Positions 8,188 to 17,818 of a stretch of 64,000 nt of DNA are shown piece after piece. Where the stretch lies: contig JBNARO010000004.1 in the NCBI GenBank assembly GCA_049718665.1, positions 7,815-71,814 on the forward strand. The letters are read 5' to 3'. The notes under the pieces were generated by a model. The model did not search any database. It had not been told where the DNA came from and saw only the letters and a program-made list of their open reading frames with translations. The position numbers and the translations under genes are program-made. The stretch is from Dictyoglomaceae bacterium. GTDB lineage: Bacteria; Dictyoglomota; Dictyoglomia; Dictyoglomales; Dictyoglomaceae. How positions within the stretch are numbered: the first letter of the stretch is position 1; every line of letters starts with the position of its first letter.

Positions 8188-9597
8188 TTAAAATTCCTCC
8201 CAAATAGTATGGAATACTCCTTCCTTATCTTTTCTTTCATAGGTATGAGCACCAAAGAAATCTCTTTGTGCTTGAATAAGATTTGCAGGAAGATCCTCTT
8301 CGGTAATACTTAAAAAGTAATCTAAAGAAGAGTTTAAAACTAAGGTAGGAACATTAAAATCTTTAGCAAGTTTTGTAATGTTTTTAACAGAATCTAATTT
8401 ATCTTTTATAAAAGAAATAGATTTTTCGCTATTTAAAAGATTTACATTCTCTGGGTTTTCATTGATAATTTCTCTTAAAAAGTTCAAGATCTTTGCTCTT
8501 ATAATGCATCCTCCCTTCCATATCCTTAATACTTCAGAAAGATTTATCCCATAGTCAAAGGCTTTACTTGCGGAACTTATTAGCCAAAGTCCTTGAGAGA
8601 ATGCCATAAATAGCGAGAAAAGGACAGATTTTCTTAGATCTTCAATAGTCTTTTCCCTATCTATAAAGATGTTAGAAGTTTTTCTTTCATAATTTTTGTA
8701 AAGCTCCCTTCTCAAATCCTTAAAGTAAGAAAGAATTCTTGCTTCTACTGCAAGGTTTAATGATGGTGTTGGGATTCCAAGGTCTAATGCGGTTTGAGCA
8801 GTCCATTTCCCTGTTCCTTTTTGTTCTGCTTTATCTAATATTAGCTCTACAAGGGGTTTTTCTGTTTCATCATCTTTATATCTCATGATTTTGTAGGAAA
8901 TCTCCATAAGAAAAGAATTTAGTTCTCCATTATTCCATTTCTCAAAAACTTTTCCAATTTCTTCAGAATTCATATTTAATATTTTTCTCATGATATCATA
9001 GGCTTCTGCAATGGTTTGCATATATGCATATTCAATCCCATTATGGACCATCTTTACAAAATGTCCCGCAGAGTCTTTTCCAACAAAGGTACAACAGGGT
9101 CCGTCTTCAGTTTTTGCGGAAATTTTCAAAAGAATATCTTCTACCATTTTATATGCATCCTCAAAGCCTCCTGGCATTAAAGAGGGTCCATATAAAGCTC
9201 CATATTCTCCTCCAGATACTCCCATCCCCAGGAAAAGTATTCCTTTTTCTCTCAATTCCTTTATTCTTCTTGAGGTATCTAAATAATGGGAATTTCCTCC
9301 ATCAATTATTAAATCACCAGGTTCCAAATATAGTAATAGCTCATTAATCATCTCATCTACCGGACTTCCTGCTTTTACCATAAGAATTATTTTTCTTGGT
9401 TTTTGTAAGGAATACACAAAGTTTTTTAAATCATAGTATGGAATAATCTTTTCATCCTTTACCCTTTCTCTTACAAATTCTTCGGTTCTTTGGGAAGTTC
9501 TATTATATACTGAAACAGAAAATCCCTTTCTTGCTATATTTAACGCAAGATTTTGCCCCATTACAGCAAGTCCAATTAATCCAATATCCCCTTTCAT
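8188..9597 (-). CDS. gnd: 6-phosphogluconate dehydrogenase, decarboxylating
   Basis: IGLIGLAVMGQNLALN Rossmann start. 469 aa with full-length Gnd-like sequence (GGNSHY, GMGVSGGE, GTGKWT). Confidence 0.93.
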   Translation of the reverse strand: MKGDIGLIGLAVMGQNLALNIARKGFSVSVYNRTSQRTEEFVRERVKDEKIIPYYDLKNFVYSLQKPRKIILMVKAGSPVDEMINELLLYLEPGDLIIDGGNSHYLDTSRRIKELREKGILFLGMGVSGGEYGALYGPSLMPGGFEDAYKMVEDILLKISAKTEDGPCCTFVGKDSAGHFVKMVHNGIEYAYMQTIAEAYDIMRKILNMNSEEIGKVFEKWNNGELNSFLMEISYKIMRYKDDETEKPLVELILDKAEQKGTGKWTAQTALDLGIPTPSLNLAVEARILSYFKDLRRELYKNYERKTSNIFIDREKTIEDLRKSVLFSLFMAFSQGLWLISSASKAFDYGINLSEVLRIWKGGCIIRAKILNFLREIINENPENVNLLNSEKSISFIKDKLDSVKNITKLAKDFNVPTLVLNSSLDYFLSITEEDLPANLIQAQRDFFGAHTYERKDKEGVFHTIWEEF

Positions 9598-9612
9598 TTT
9601 CTTAAACCTCCT

Positions 9613-11094
9613 TTACAACTTAGTATGCCTTTCAAAAAGTTCCTTAAGATTTTTTACTAAAAACTTGAAAAATTCATACCTTTTTTCATAATATGCTACC
9701 ATTTCCTTATTTGGATAATAGGTATCTTTCACCCTAACTAATTTTTCCGTTGCTTCTTCTAAGGTTTTAAATCTTTTTAAAGCATAAAGCCCCAAGATTG
9801 ATGAGCCTAAAAGAGCTGGCTCCTCAGATTTTGTAACTTTTATTGGCATATTTAAAACAGAAGAAAAGATATTCATCCATAAGGAAGACTTTGTTCCTCC
9901 TCCCCCTGCTCTTAACTCTTTTATCTTTATTCCATTCTCAAGAAGGGCATCAAATCCCATCCTTAAAGAAAAGGCAACACCCTCCATTCCAGCCCTTATC
10001 ATATGTTCCTTAGTATGAAAATTCTTAAGTCCGAAAAATACTCCTGACGCAATGTTTCCAATTTCTGGATATCTTTCTCCTGTAATAAAGGGAAGGAAAA
10101 ATAAATTTTTGGAGTCATCCTTTTCCGCAAGTGAGGTTAATGATTCATATGTAAGATTAAAAATGTTATCCCTAAACCATTTAAGAATTATTCCTGCATT
10201 ATTTATTGCTCCTCCTATAAACCATTTTTGGGAGCATAAGAAATATGCTTGAAATCTCATATTTTTATCCTTATCCACAATAGGTTTAGAAGAAGTTACT
10301 CTAAGCATTGCGGTAGTTCCTAAATTTATAACTCCTACAGAGCCTCCCATGGCTCCTATGCCTAATCCTACCGCTCCTCCATCATATACTCCTGTAAGAA
10401 GATATACATCTCTCTTTAATCCTAAAAGTTCTACATTTTCCTTAGGGATTTTTTCTAATATTTTTTCAGAGGGGACCAATTCTGGAAGCTGTTCTTTTTT
10501 AATGCCTAATATATCTAAAGCATAAGGATCCCACTCTAAATTATGGATATTCATAAGTTGAGTTGCAGAAGAGATGCTTGCCTCAGAATAGGGTTTGTTT
10601 ATTAATCTTGATATGATAAAGCTTTTAGAGCAAAGGTAATACCTTGCTTCATCAAAAATTTCTTTTTTCTTTTTCTTTAGCCAATATATTTTAGCAAAGG
10701 GATAGTGAAAAAGGGGTGGACATCCTGTTCTTTTATATAATTCCTCAAAATCTACTACTTTATAAATTTCCTCAAAGGTTTCCTTAGATCTTGTATCTAA
10801 AAGGGTAATAATTCCTGTTAGAGGCTTTAGATTTTTGTCCACAGGAAGAAGAGCAAACATATAAGAAGATGGAACAAGAAGGGATATCTTATCTTCATAT
10901 CCTTGAGAAACTTCTCTACATATAGATATAAAGGTATTAAAAACCTCTTCAGGATTGTGCTCTGCTCTCCCTGTCTCATCTTTTTCTATAGTAAGTTCCT
11001 TACTTGTTATTCTTAATATGTTCCCCTCACTATCTATAACTCCTGCCTTTATATTAGTAGTTCCAATATCTACAGCAAGAATTAAATCTTCCAT
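9613..11094 (-). CDS. FGGY-family carbohydrate kinase, probably gluconokinase
   Basis: AVDIGTTNIKAG N-terminal actin-fold motif and GGGTKSSLWMNI C-terminal FGGY motif. Adjacent to gnd. Confidence 0.8.
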   Translation of the reverse strand: MEDLILAVDIGTTNIKAGVIDSEGNILRITSKELTIEKDETGRAEHNPEEVFNTFISICREVSQGYEDKISLLVPSSYMFALLPVDKNLKPLTGIITLLDTRSKETFEEIYKVVDFEELYKRTGCPPLFHYPFAKIYWLKKKKKEIFDEARYYLCSKSFIISRLINKPYSEASISSATQLMNIHNLEWDPYALDILGIKKEQLPELVPSEKILEKIPKENVELLGLKRDVYLLTGVYDGGAVGLGIGAMGGSVGVINLGTTAMLRVTSSKPIVDKDKNMRFQAYFLCSQKWFIGGAINNAGIILKWFRDNIFNLTYESLTSLAEKDDSKNLFFLPFITGERYPEIGNIASGVFFGLKNFHTKEHMIRAGMEGVAFSLRMGFDALLENGIKIKELRAGGGGTKSSLWMNIFSSVLNMPIKVTKSEEPALLGSSILGLYALKRFKTLEEATEKLVRVKDTYYPNKEMVAYYEKRYEFFKFLVKNLKELFERHTKL

Positions 11095-12086
11095 GTTCTT
11101 CCCTCTAAAACCTCTTTATTTAAAATCTCTTCAGGAATTTCTCCCCTTAATATTTTTTCCACATCAGATACTACTTTATCTCCCATTGCTTTTAAGGACT
11201 CATAAGTATATGCAGAGATGTGGGGAGTAATTATTACATTTTCAAATTTTAATAGAGGATGATTTTCATCAATGGGTTCTCCTTCTATTACATCTAATCC
11301 CGCACCTAATACTTTTCCAGATTCTAAAGCAGAGATTAAAGCTTTTTCGTCTATCAATTCTCCTCTTGCAGTATTTATAATAAATACTCCATCTTTCATA
11401 AGAGAAAATTCTTTAAAGGAAAGCATGTGAAAATTATTAGGAGTTAAAGAGGCATTCAGTGAGATAATGTCAGAGTTTTTAAGAAGCTCTTCTAAGGTCA
11501 CAGGCTCCCCTCCTCTTTTTCTTATATCTTCTTCTGAGAGGTTAGGGTCATAAGCAATAACTCTTGCATTAAATCCATTCTTTAGTATCTCTCCTACTCT
11601 ACTTCCAATGTTCCCAAATCCAATTATTCCTACTGTTTTCCCTTTTATTTCCCATCCAATGAATTTTGCTCTTTCCTTCCACTTTCCTTCTTTTACTTTT
11701 AAAGATGCGGATCTTATCTTTCTCATTACCGCCATTAAAAGGGAAACTGCTGTTTCTGCTACCGCCTCTCTTTCTACTTCTCCTGGAACCTTTGTAACTA
11801 TGACTCCTTTTTCTGTGGCGCTTTTTAAATCTATGTTATCATATCCTATTCCATGGCGAGTTATGAGAAGGGTATTATCTTTATGTTCAAAAAAATCTTT
11901 ATTATAATAAGGCTTTACACTGGCAACTATTATGGAAAATCCTGTTAACTTTTCTGCTAAGGTCTTTCCATCTATATTTTCTGGGAATTCAAACCTCTCT
12001 ACCTCTCCCAATTTTTTCAACCTTTCTATATGCTCTGGGAAATACTTCCCAAAACTACTGGAATTTACAATAGCAATTCTAACCAT
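11082..12086 (-). CDS. D-isomer-specific 2-hydroxyacid dehydrogenase
   Basis: GIIGFGNIGSRVG NAD loop and the ARG...D / H catalytic layout. Overlaps the kinase start by 13 nt. Confidence 0.85.
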   Translation of the reverse strand: MVRIAIVNSSSFGKYFPEHIERLKKLGEVERFEFPENIDGKTLAEKLTGFSIIVASVKPYYNKDFFEHKDNTLLITRHGIGYDNIDLKSATEKGVIVTKVPGEVEREAVAETAVSLLMAVMRKIRSASLKVKEGKWKERAKFIGWEIKGKTVGIIGFGNIGSRVGEILKNGFNARVIAYDPNLSEEDIRKRGGEPVTLEELLKNSDIISLNASLTPNNFHMLSFKEFSLMKDGVFIINTARGELIDEKALISALESGKVLGAGLDVIEGEPIDENHPLLKFENVIITPHISAYTYESLKAMGDKVVSDVEKILRGEIPEEILNKEVLEGRTWKI

Positions 12087-12088
12087 TT

Positions 12089-13546
12089 TTAACCTCCTCT
12101 AAAAATCTCTTTCAAATGTTTTTCTATATTTTCCTCTACAAATTCGTAATGTTCATTTTCATGTTTATTTAGAATATCATAAATTGCGTTTCTCTTTTCA
12201 TCCAGCAAAACTCCATAAGAGATATGGAAAAGTTGTTTTACCTCTGGTTTTTCAAAAAACTCTAAGGGGTCTTTATCAATTTCCTTTGGAAAATCTTCTC
12301 TTTTTATATCTACTTTATATGCTTTTTTACTTTCCTCCAAATTCTCAAGGGCAATTTCATATAATTCTTTGAATAAATCAGGAGCAAATTTGGCAATAAC
12401 CTTTATTGCTTGAAGCCAGCTGGTTCCAGAGGTTTTTATGTGAAAGTTATTCTGAGTAAGCTCTGAAAAGATTTTATATATACTAAACTTATCGCTTCCT
12501 GAATGAAGGCTTAATCTATATCCTTCGATTTTCTGAGATAAAAGATAATGTTTTCTTAATTCTGAAGAAAAAACTTCTATATTCCCTTTATAATCCAATG
12601 CTTTTTGAAATTCTCCAGGAAATTTAGGAGCTAAGCTCCAAAAATCTATTCCCTTATCGTGTAGATATTCTGCAACAAAGAGATGATCTTCTAAGGTTGT
12701 TTCTCTTTCTCCTTCGTCTATAGAGACTTCTAAATCAAATTCTCTTACTTTATCTTTTAGAATTCCATATACGTTTTCTATAAAATCTAAGCCCTTTTCA
12801 TATATAATTGCAGACTCACATAGTCTTTCTTCATTAAACTCATAATATTCGCCAGGAGGTATATTTATCTTTTTCTCTTTATACTTCTCAATAATTTTTT
12901 TGCTTAAAGAAGAAATTTTCCTAAATCTCTCTTGAATTTCACTTTTCTCAAGATTCGTAATTTTTTCCAAAAAATCACTAATATCCAGGGTATACATACT
13001 AAATTCCGCATTTATACCCTCAGTTAAATAATATTCATCCTTTATATGGTCCGCATCTGCACCAAATTTTCCATCATATCCTAACTCTAAAACTCCTAAA
13101 ACTCCTTTTAAAAGAACATCTTTGAAATCTCTATTAGTCTTTGAGAGTTCTCGTGGAGATTGCTGGGAAATTACGGGAAATACAGGATATTTCAAAAGGA
13201 CTTTCAAATGGGAAGATGATACAAGTCCTAATCTATCTCCAGTTCCAAAAGATGTTTTTTTATCACAGGTCGAAGGAGAAATATTGATAATTTCTTTAAG
13301 TTTTAAATAGTTCTCAAAGGATAAAGGATAAAAGTTGACATAAGATTTCAAAGAGTCTATATATAAATCTTCGGAATAATAGGGATTTGATAGATAAAAA
13401 TTATCTCCCTCTTTTAATATTCCAATCTTTTTTTCTCCTTTACTTTTTGCTACAAATAAATAGATGTTTTCTTTAATCTTTCTTAAAGACTTGGGGTAAA
13501 ATTCCCAATTGTATTTCTTGAGAAACCTTTCCAATTCTTCTTTCAT
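12089..13546 (-). CDS. UxaE-like tagaturonate/fructuronate (hexuronate C4) epimerase family protein
   Basis: 485-aa protein with FGTGDRLG and GADADH motifs. Gene context resembles the Thermotoga uxaE-gnd-gntK region; assignment is from memory, not from a search. Confidence 0.5.
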   Translation of the reverse strand: MKEELERFLKKYNWEFYPKSLRKIKENIYLFVAKSKGEKKIGILKEGDNFYLSNPYYSEDLYIDSLKSYVNFYPLSFENYLKLKEIINISPSTCDKKTSFGTGDRLGLVSSSHLKVLLKYPVFPVISQQSPRELSKTNRDFKDVLLKGVLGVLELGYDGKFGADADHIKDEYYLTEGINAEFSMYTLDISDFLEKITNLEKSEIQERFRKISSLSKKIIEKYKEKKINIPPGEYYEFNEERLCESAIIYEKGLDFIENVYGILKDKVREFDLEVSIDEGERETTLEDHLFVAEYLHDKGIDFWSLAPKFPGEFQKALDYKGNIEVFSSELRKHYLLSQKIEGYRLSLHSGSDKFSIYKIFSELTQNNFHIKTSGTSWLQAIKVIAKFAPDLFKELYEIALENLEESKKAYKVDIKREDFPKEIDKDPLEFFEKPEVKQLFHISYGVLLDEKRNAIYDILNKHENEHYEFVEENIEKHLKEIFRGG

Positions 13547-13776
13547 TTTTTCTCCTCCAAGAAAAAAAATAATCTTTACATTATAATTAAAAATACTTCT
13601 TTAGGTAAAGTTTAGCACGCTTTTCTTATCTTTACAAGGAGAATTTAAAATTCGCTTAAAATAGTTCCAAAATTTTTTCTTGCAAAAGAATAAAAGATCA
13701 TTTCAAAAATAAGTTTATGAAAAATTTCGTCTAATTTGATGTATAATAAGAAAAACTTAATTAAGGAGGTCTTTAT

Positions 13777-14349
13777 ATGAAAAAGTGCATAATTACTCTT
13801 TTGCTTTTTGTCCTAATAATTAATTTTTCTTTTTCCCAAACTCAAACTCCTACAGTGACTTCTAAAGAGAAAAAACCCGTAACAATTTTTGTCCTTCATA
13901 TTGAATCCTTTAGTAAGATCTATAAATCAAATTTCGAGAAGAATATAAGAGCCTTTGATGATACTTTTAAGCTTGGTGTCTCTTTATATCATCCCATAAT
14001 TGGACTTAATATTTCTTGCTATACAAAGACTAATCAAAAAGGACTCCCATATCCTACATTAGTAAATAGAGTTCTTAAGGAACTTTTACCTATTTTAAAT
14101 GATATTGTCCTTCCTTTAAAAACTCGCATTAATATAATAATAATGGTGCAAGATAAAAATGATCCCTTCTTAGGGAAGACATTATTTATAACCTTTCCAT
14201 ACTCCTCTCTCAAAGATTTCATGACCAAAAAGGATCAAGATGCCTTTGCAAGACAAATGATTGTCCTTCTTGAAACAGAGAAATTAAATTATCAAAAGGG
14301 AACTTTTACTTCCTCTCAATATGATTGGGAATGGATTTTAAAATTATAA
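13777..14349 (+). CDS. secreted hypothetical protein
   Basis: Signal peptide MKKCIITLLLFVLIINFSFS and a good RBS (AAGGAGG). No recognisable family. Confidence 0.6.
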   Translation: MKKCIITLLLFVLIINFSFSQTQTPTVTSKEKKPVTIFVLHIESFSKIYKSNFEKNIRAFDDTFKLGVSLYHPIIGLNISCYTKTNQKGLPYPTLVNRVLKELLPILNDIVLPLKTRINIIIMVQDKNDPFLGKTLFITFPYSSLKDFMTKKDQDAFARQMIVLLETEKLNYQKGTFTSSQYDWEWILKL

Positions 14350-14364
14350 TTTCTGAGGATACTA

Positions 14365-15015
14365 ATGAAAATTTTTAAATTTTTAATTACTTTTCTTTTA
14401 ATTTTTTCCATATCCTTTGGGATAATAGTAGAGGAAATAGTCCAAAAGGTAGTGGAGACATATAATAAATTAAATACTTTTAGTAGCATCTTAGAGATTT
14501 ATAATAGAGAAGGGAATAAAGAAGAATTTTCCATTTATGAATTCTATTTTCAAAAACCAGATATTTATAGACTAAATATGATTGAGGGAAGAGATAAAGG
14601 AGCGGTAGCTATATTAAGAGATGGAAAAGTTAGAGGACATCATGGAGGACTTTTAAGATTTATTATTTTAACAGTAAATCCTGATGATCCTTTAGTTCTT
14701 TCTATTAGAAAGGGAAGAATTGATGAATCGGGCTTAGAATATGTGGTTCAACAGCTTACACAAGGTTCTTCTTTGAAATTGATTGGTGAAGAGAATATTG
14801 CGGGATATCTTTGCTATGTATTGGAGATGGGATTAAGTAAAGATAGACTTCACACTTATGTATCCCAAAAATTCTATATCGATAAAAATACTTTTATTCC
14901 TATTCAGTTAGAACAATATGAAAATTATAATGGAGTTAAAACCTTAACTCACAGAAGAACATATAAGAATTATAAGATTAATCCAAATTTAGATCCTAAT
15001 ATTTTTAAGATTTAA
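14365..15015 (+). CDS. LolA/RseB-like (outer-membrane lipoprotein-sorting fold) secreted protein
   Basis: Signal peptide, then VQKVVETYNKLNTFSSILEIY...YEFYFQKPDIYRL, typical of LolA-like DUF proteins. Confidence 0.55.
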   Translation: MKIFKFLITFLLIFSISFGIIVEEIVQKVVETYNKLNTFSSILEIYNREGNKEEFSIYEFYFQKPDIYRLNMIEGRDKGAVAILRDGKVRGHHGGLLRFIILTVNPDDPLVLSIRKGRIDESGLEYVVQQLTQGSSLKLIGEENIAGYLCYVLEMGLSKDRLHTYVSQKFYIDKNTFIPIQLEQYENYNGVKTLTHRRTYKNYKINPNLDPNIFKI

Positions 15016-15030
15016 GAAAGGAGGATAAAA

Positions 15031-15588
15031 ATGTATAAAGAGTTGAAACATAATTTTATATATCTTCTTCATCCACTACCTGCCTTTTTAATAACCAGTA
15101 TAAGTAAATTGGGAAAACCCAATGTAATGACTGCATCTTGGGTTATTCCTATGAGTATTACTCCACCTTTAGTGATTTTGAGTCTTAGACCTGAGAGATT
15201 CACTTCTCAGCTGATAAAGGAAACAAGAGAATTTGTAGTAAATATGCCTCCCTATGAATTGGCTGAGGCTACTTTAATATGTGGAAAAGTATCAGGAAGA
15301 GATAAAGATAAATTTAAGCTTGCTAATCTAACGCCAATTCCTGGGAATAAGGTTAAGGCACCAATAATAAAAGAATGTATAGCTCATATAGAATGTGCTT
15401 TAGAAGATATTATAGATGTTAAGGGAGACCATCTTTTATTTATAGGGAAGGTAGTATATAGCCAAGTGGAAGAGGATAAGTTTGATAGGATATATACTCT
15501 TGAGAAATTTAATCCCGCTATGTATTTAGGGCAGGATACATATACTACGTGTAAGGAGGCTGAAAAAATTATTCCAAACATGGGGTAA
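15031..15588 (+). CDS. flavin reductase-like FMN-binding protein
   Basis: Split-barrel flavin reductase pattern (NVMTASWVIPMS..PPLV..S.RP...T) in 185 aa. Confidence 0.8.
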   Translation: MYKELKHNFIYLLHPLPAFLITSISKLGKPNVMTASWVIPMSITPPLVILSLRPERFTSQLIKETREFVVNMPPYELAEATLICGKVSGRDKDKFKLANLTPIPGNKVKAPIIKECIAHIECALEDIIDVKGDHLLFIGKVVYSQVEEDKFDRIYTLEKFNPAMYLGQDTYTTCKEAEKIIPNMG

Positions 15589-15641
15589 ACGTTAGATTAG
15601 AAAAGGTAACAAAATCTTTCTTTAGAAAAAGGGAAGAAAGA

Positions 15642-16658
15642 GTGTATGCATTAAGAGATGTAGATTTATATGTTCCAGAAGGAAAAACTCTTTGTGTTAT
15701 TGGACCTTCTGGATGTGGAAAAACTACTCTTTTAAAGGTTATAGCGGGTCTTGAGAAGCAAGATTCTGGGAATATTTATTTTAATGATAAATTAGTGAAT
15801 GATCTTCCTCCTAAGGATAGAGGAATTGGAATGGTTTTTCAGAATTATGCTCTATATCCCCATTATGAGGCTCGGGGAAATCTTTCTTTTTATTTTTGGA
15901 TAAGAAAAAGACCAGAAGAAGAGATCGATGAAAGGATAAGAGAAACTGCAAAAATTTTGGGAGTTGGTTTTGAGGATCTTCTTCCTCGGAAGCCAAAGAC
16001 ATTATCAGGAGGAGAACAACAAAGGGTTGCTGTAGGAAGATGTATTATAAGAAATCCCACTTTGATGCTTATGGATGAGCCGTTATCAAACTTAGATGCT
16101 AAATTAAGGGTAATAACAAGAACAGAAATCAAAAAACTTCTTGTAAGATTTCAAGTAACTACTATTTATGTTACCCATGATCAAAAAGAGGCACAAGCCT
16201 TAGGAGATCTTATTGCGGTAATGGATCAAGGAAGAATACTGCAAGTGGGAACTTATGAGGAGCTTATTGAAAATCCTGTAAATACTTTTGTCGCATCCTT
16301 TGTAGGAGAACCTCCTATGAATCTTTTTAAAGGAGAAGTGGTAAATAATAAATTTTTCTTTCAGACTGTAGAAATACCGATTCCTTTTAATTATAATAAA
16401 AGAGAAATAATCTTGGGATTCCATCCTTCAAAAGTGGAGATAAGTAAAGAGCCTACAAATATAATTGGAGAAATCTTTTTTGTAGAAAGTCTTCCCGCAG
16501 ATAAATTTCAAACTCTTCATTTGGAATTTGGAAAGAACAGTTTAAAAATTCAAGTTCCAAGAGAAGAAGGTCTTTTTAAAGTAGGAGATAAACTCTACTT
16601 AAAACTTCCTGAAAAAATTTACTTCTTTGATCCTGATTCTGGAAAAAGAATATATTGA
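15642..16658 (+). CDS. MalK/MsmX/UgpC-type sugar ABC transporter ATPase; true start probably upstream
   Basis: Walker A GPSGCGKTT, signature LSGGEQQRV, Walker B LMDEP, and a C-terminal regulatory/OB domain. The conserved N-terminal strand VRLEKVTKSF is encoded in frame upstream of the GTG at 15642. Confidence 0.85.
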   Translation: MYALRDVDLYVPEGKTLCVIGPSGCGKTTLLKVIAGLEKQDSGNIYFNDKLVNDLPPKDRGIGMVFQNYALYPHYEARGNLSFYFWIRKRPEEEIDERIRETAKILGVGFEDLLPRKPKTLSGGEQQRVAVGRCIIRNPTLMLMDEPLSNLDAKLRVITRTEIKKLLVRFQVTTIYVTHDQKEAQALGDLIAVMDQGRILQVGTYEELIENPVNTFVASFVGEPPMNLFKGEVVNNKFFFQTVEIPIPFNYNKREIILGFHPSKVEISKEPTNIIGEIFFVESLPADKFQTLHLEFGKNSLKIQVPREEGLFKVGDKLYLKLPEKIYFFDPDSGKRIY

Positions 16659-16667
16659 GGTGATATT

Positions 16668-17618
16668 ATGAGGAAAAAGATTTTATTTTCTATCTTGATT
16701 TTGTTTCTTCTTATAACTCCACTTTTTTCTTGGTCTGCTCATAAAGAGATGACTCAGATAATTTTAGAAGAATTTCCATGGCTTAGAAAATTTGATAATA
16801 TTACTGTAACCCCATATACTTATAATGATCCTTCTCCTTATAATCCATCCTATGTTATCCAATATAGGGGAGAAAAAATTGGTGATAAAATTTCTGCTAT
16901 TACTATTATCACAAGATATGTAGAAGAACCTGATAATGGTATGGATGAAAATCTAAATCTAAGCCCATTTCAGAAATTAATGGGTGGAAGTTCAGGTTGG
17001 AGACATATGTATTTTATTGCCTTTTCAGGAGCATTAAAACTTGGGGAAGCTCCTAAAAGATGTCTACATTTTTGGAATTTAGCAAAGGAAGCCTTCCAAA
17101 GAAAAGATTATTATTGGGGATTTAGATTTTTTGCATATAGCCTTCATTATCTACAAGATCTTTCCATGCCCTTTCATGCATACCCTATGCCTTTAAAGAA
17201 TGTTGCTCTTAATATAATTAATTTAGATAAGCTTATATCTCAAGGAGAAAACCATCACTATGTATTAGAGGCTTATCAGGAATATCAGGTAAAGAATAAG
17301 AATCCTAAATATATAAAGGTATTAAAGGAAGCAAACCCTTTAGAAATTAAAAATCCAGAAGAAGCTGCAGAGAAAGCTGCATGGCTTTCAAGAGATTTTA
17401 TGGGTAGATTATGGGACTTACAGATAAAATATTATGGACATGATATAAACAATAAAAAGAATTTTAAGGCAGATCCCAGACTTTTCTCTTTTAAGTACGC
17501 TTCACCGATAAAAGATGAATATGATAAAACTATTCTTCAGGCATTAGAACTTTGTGCGGGATGGACAAAGGGATATTTAAATTTTCTAAAAGATTTCTTG
17601 AATAAACTGGAGGGATAA
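16668..17618 (+). CDS. secreted zinc-dependent phospholipase C / S1-P1 nuclease-fold protein
   Basis: Signal peptide ends ...PLFS, followed by WSAHKEMT, i.e. the N-terminal Trp plus His zinc ligands of this fold. Later HYLQDLSMPFHA. Confidence 0.5.
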   Translation: MRKKILFSILILFLLITPLFSWSAHKEMTQIILEEFPWLRKFDNITVTPYTYNDPSPYNPSYVIQYRGEKIGDKISAITIITRYVEEPDNGMDENLNLSPFQKLMGGSSGWRHMYFIAFSGALKLGEAPKRCLHFWNLAKEAFQRKDYYWGFRFFAYSLHYLQDLSMPFHAYPMPLKNVALNIINLDKLISQGENHHYVLEAYQEYQVKNKNPKYIKVLKEANPLEIKNPEEAAEKAAWLSRDFMGRLWDLQIKYYGHDINNKKNFKADPRLFSFKYASPIKDEYDKTILQALELCAGWTKGYLNFLKDFLNKLEG

Positions 17619-17621
17619 GAG

Positions 17622-17761
17622 ATGAAAAAACATATAGCTATATTTGGATTAATACTTGTTTGTTTTATCCCCCTATTGAGGTAGATGTTTTGAAAATTCA
17701 AAGAAGAGATCTTCTAATTATTATTTCTGCTACAGGAAGTTTAATTTTTACAAAAGCCTGA
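17622..17761 (+). pseudogene. N-terminal remnant of a HlyD/MacA-type periplasmic adaptor gene
   Basis: GGAGGG RBS, then MKKHIAIFGLILVCFIPLLR* (TM anchor). One frame over, EVDVLKIQRRDLLIIISATGSLIFTKA* is the canonical adaptor start. Nothing further follows. Confidence 0.45.
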
Positions 17762-17818
17762 GGGAATAAGTGAGTTAAATTCTAGTCTTAAAGTTGGCTA
17801 AGAAAGAAGGAGTCATTT

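Noticed and set aside
15579-15588. The 10-mer CATGGGGTAA occurs twice: at 15579-15588 at the flavin reductase/ATPase junction, and at 41620-41629 in the amylase leader.
   Set aside because: Two copies of a 10-mer in 64 kb is mildly unexpected. However, there is no extended similarity around them, so chance cannot be excluded. It is noted only in the relevant findings.
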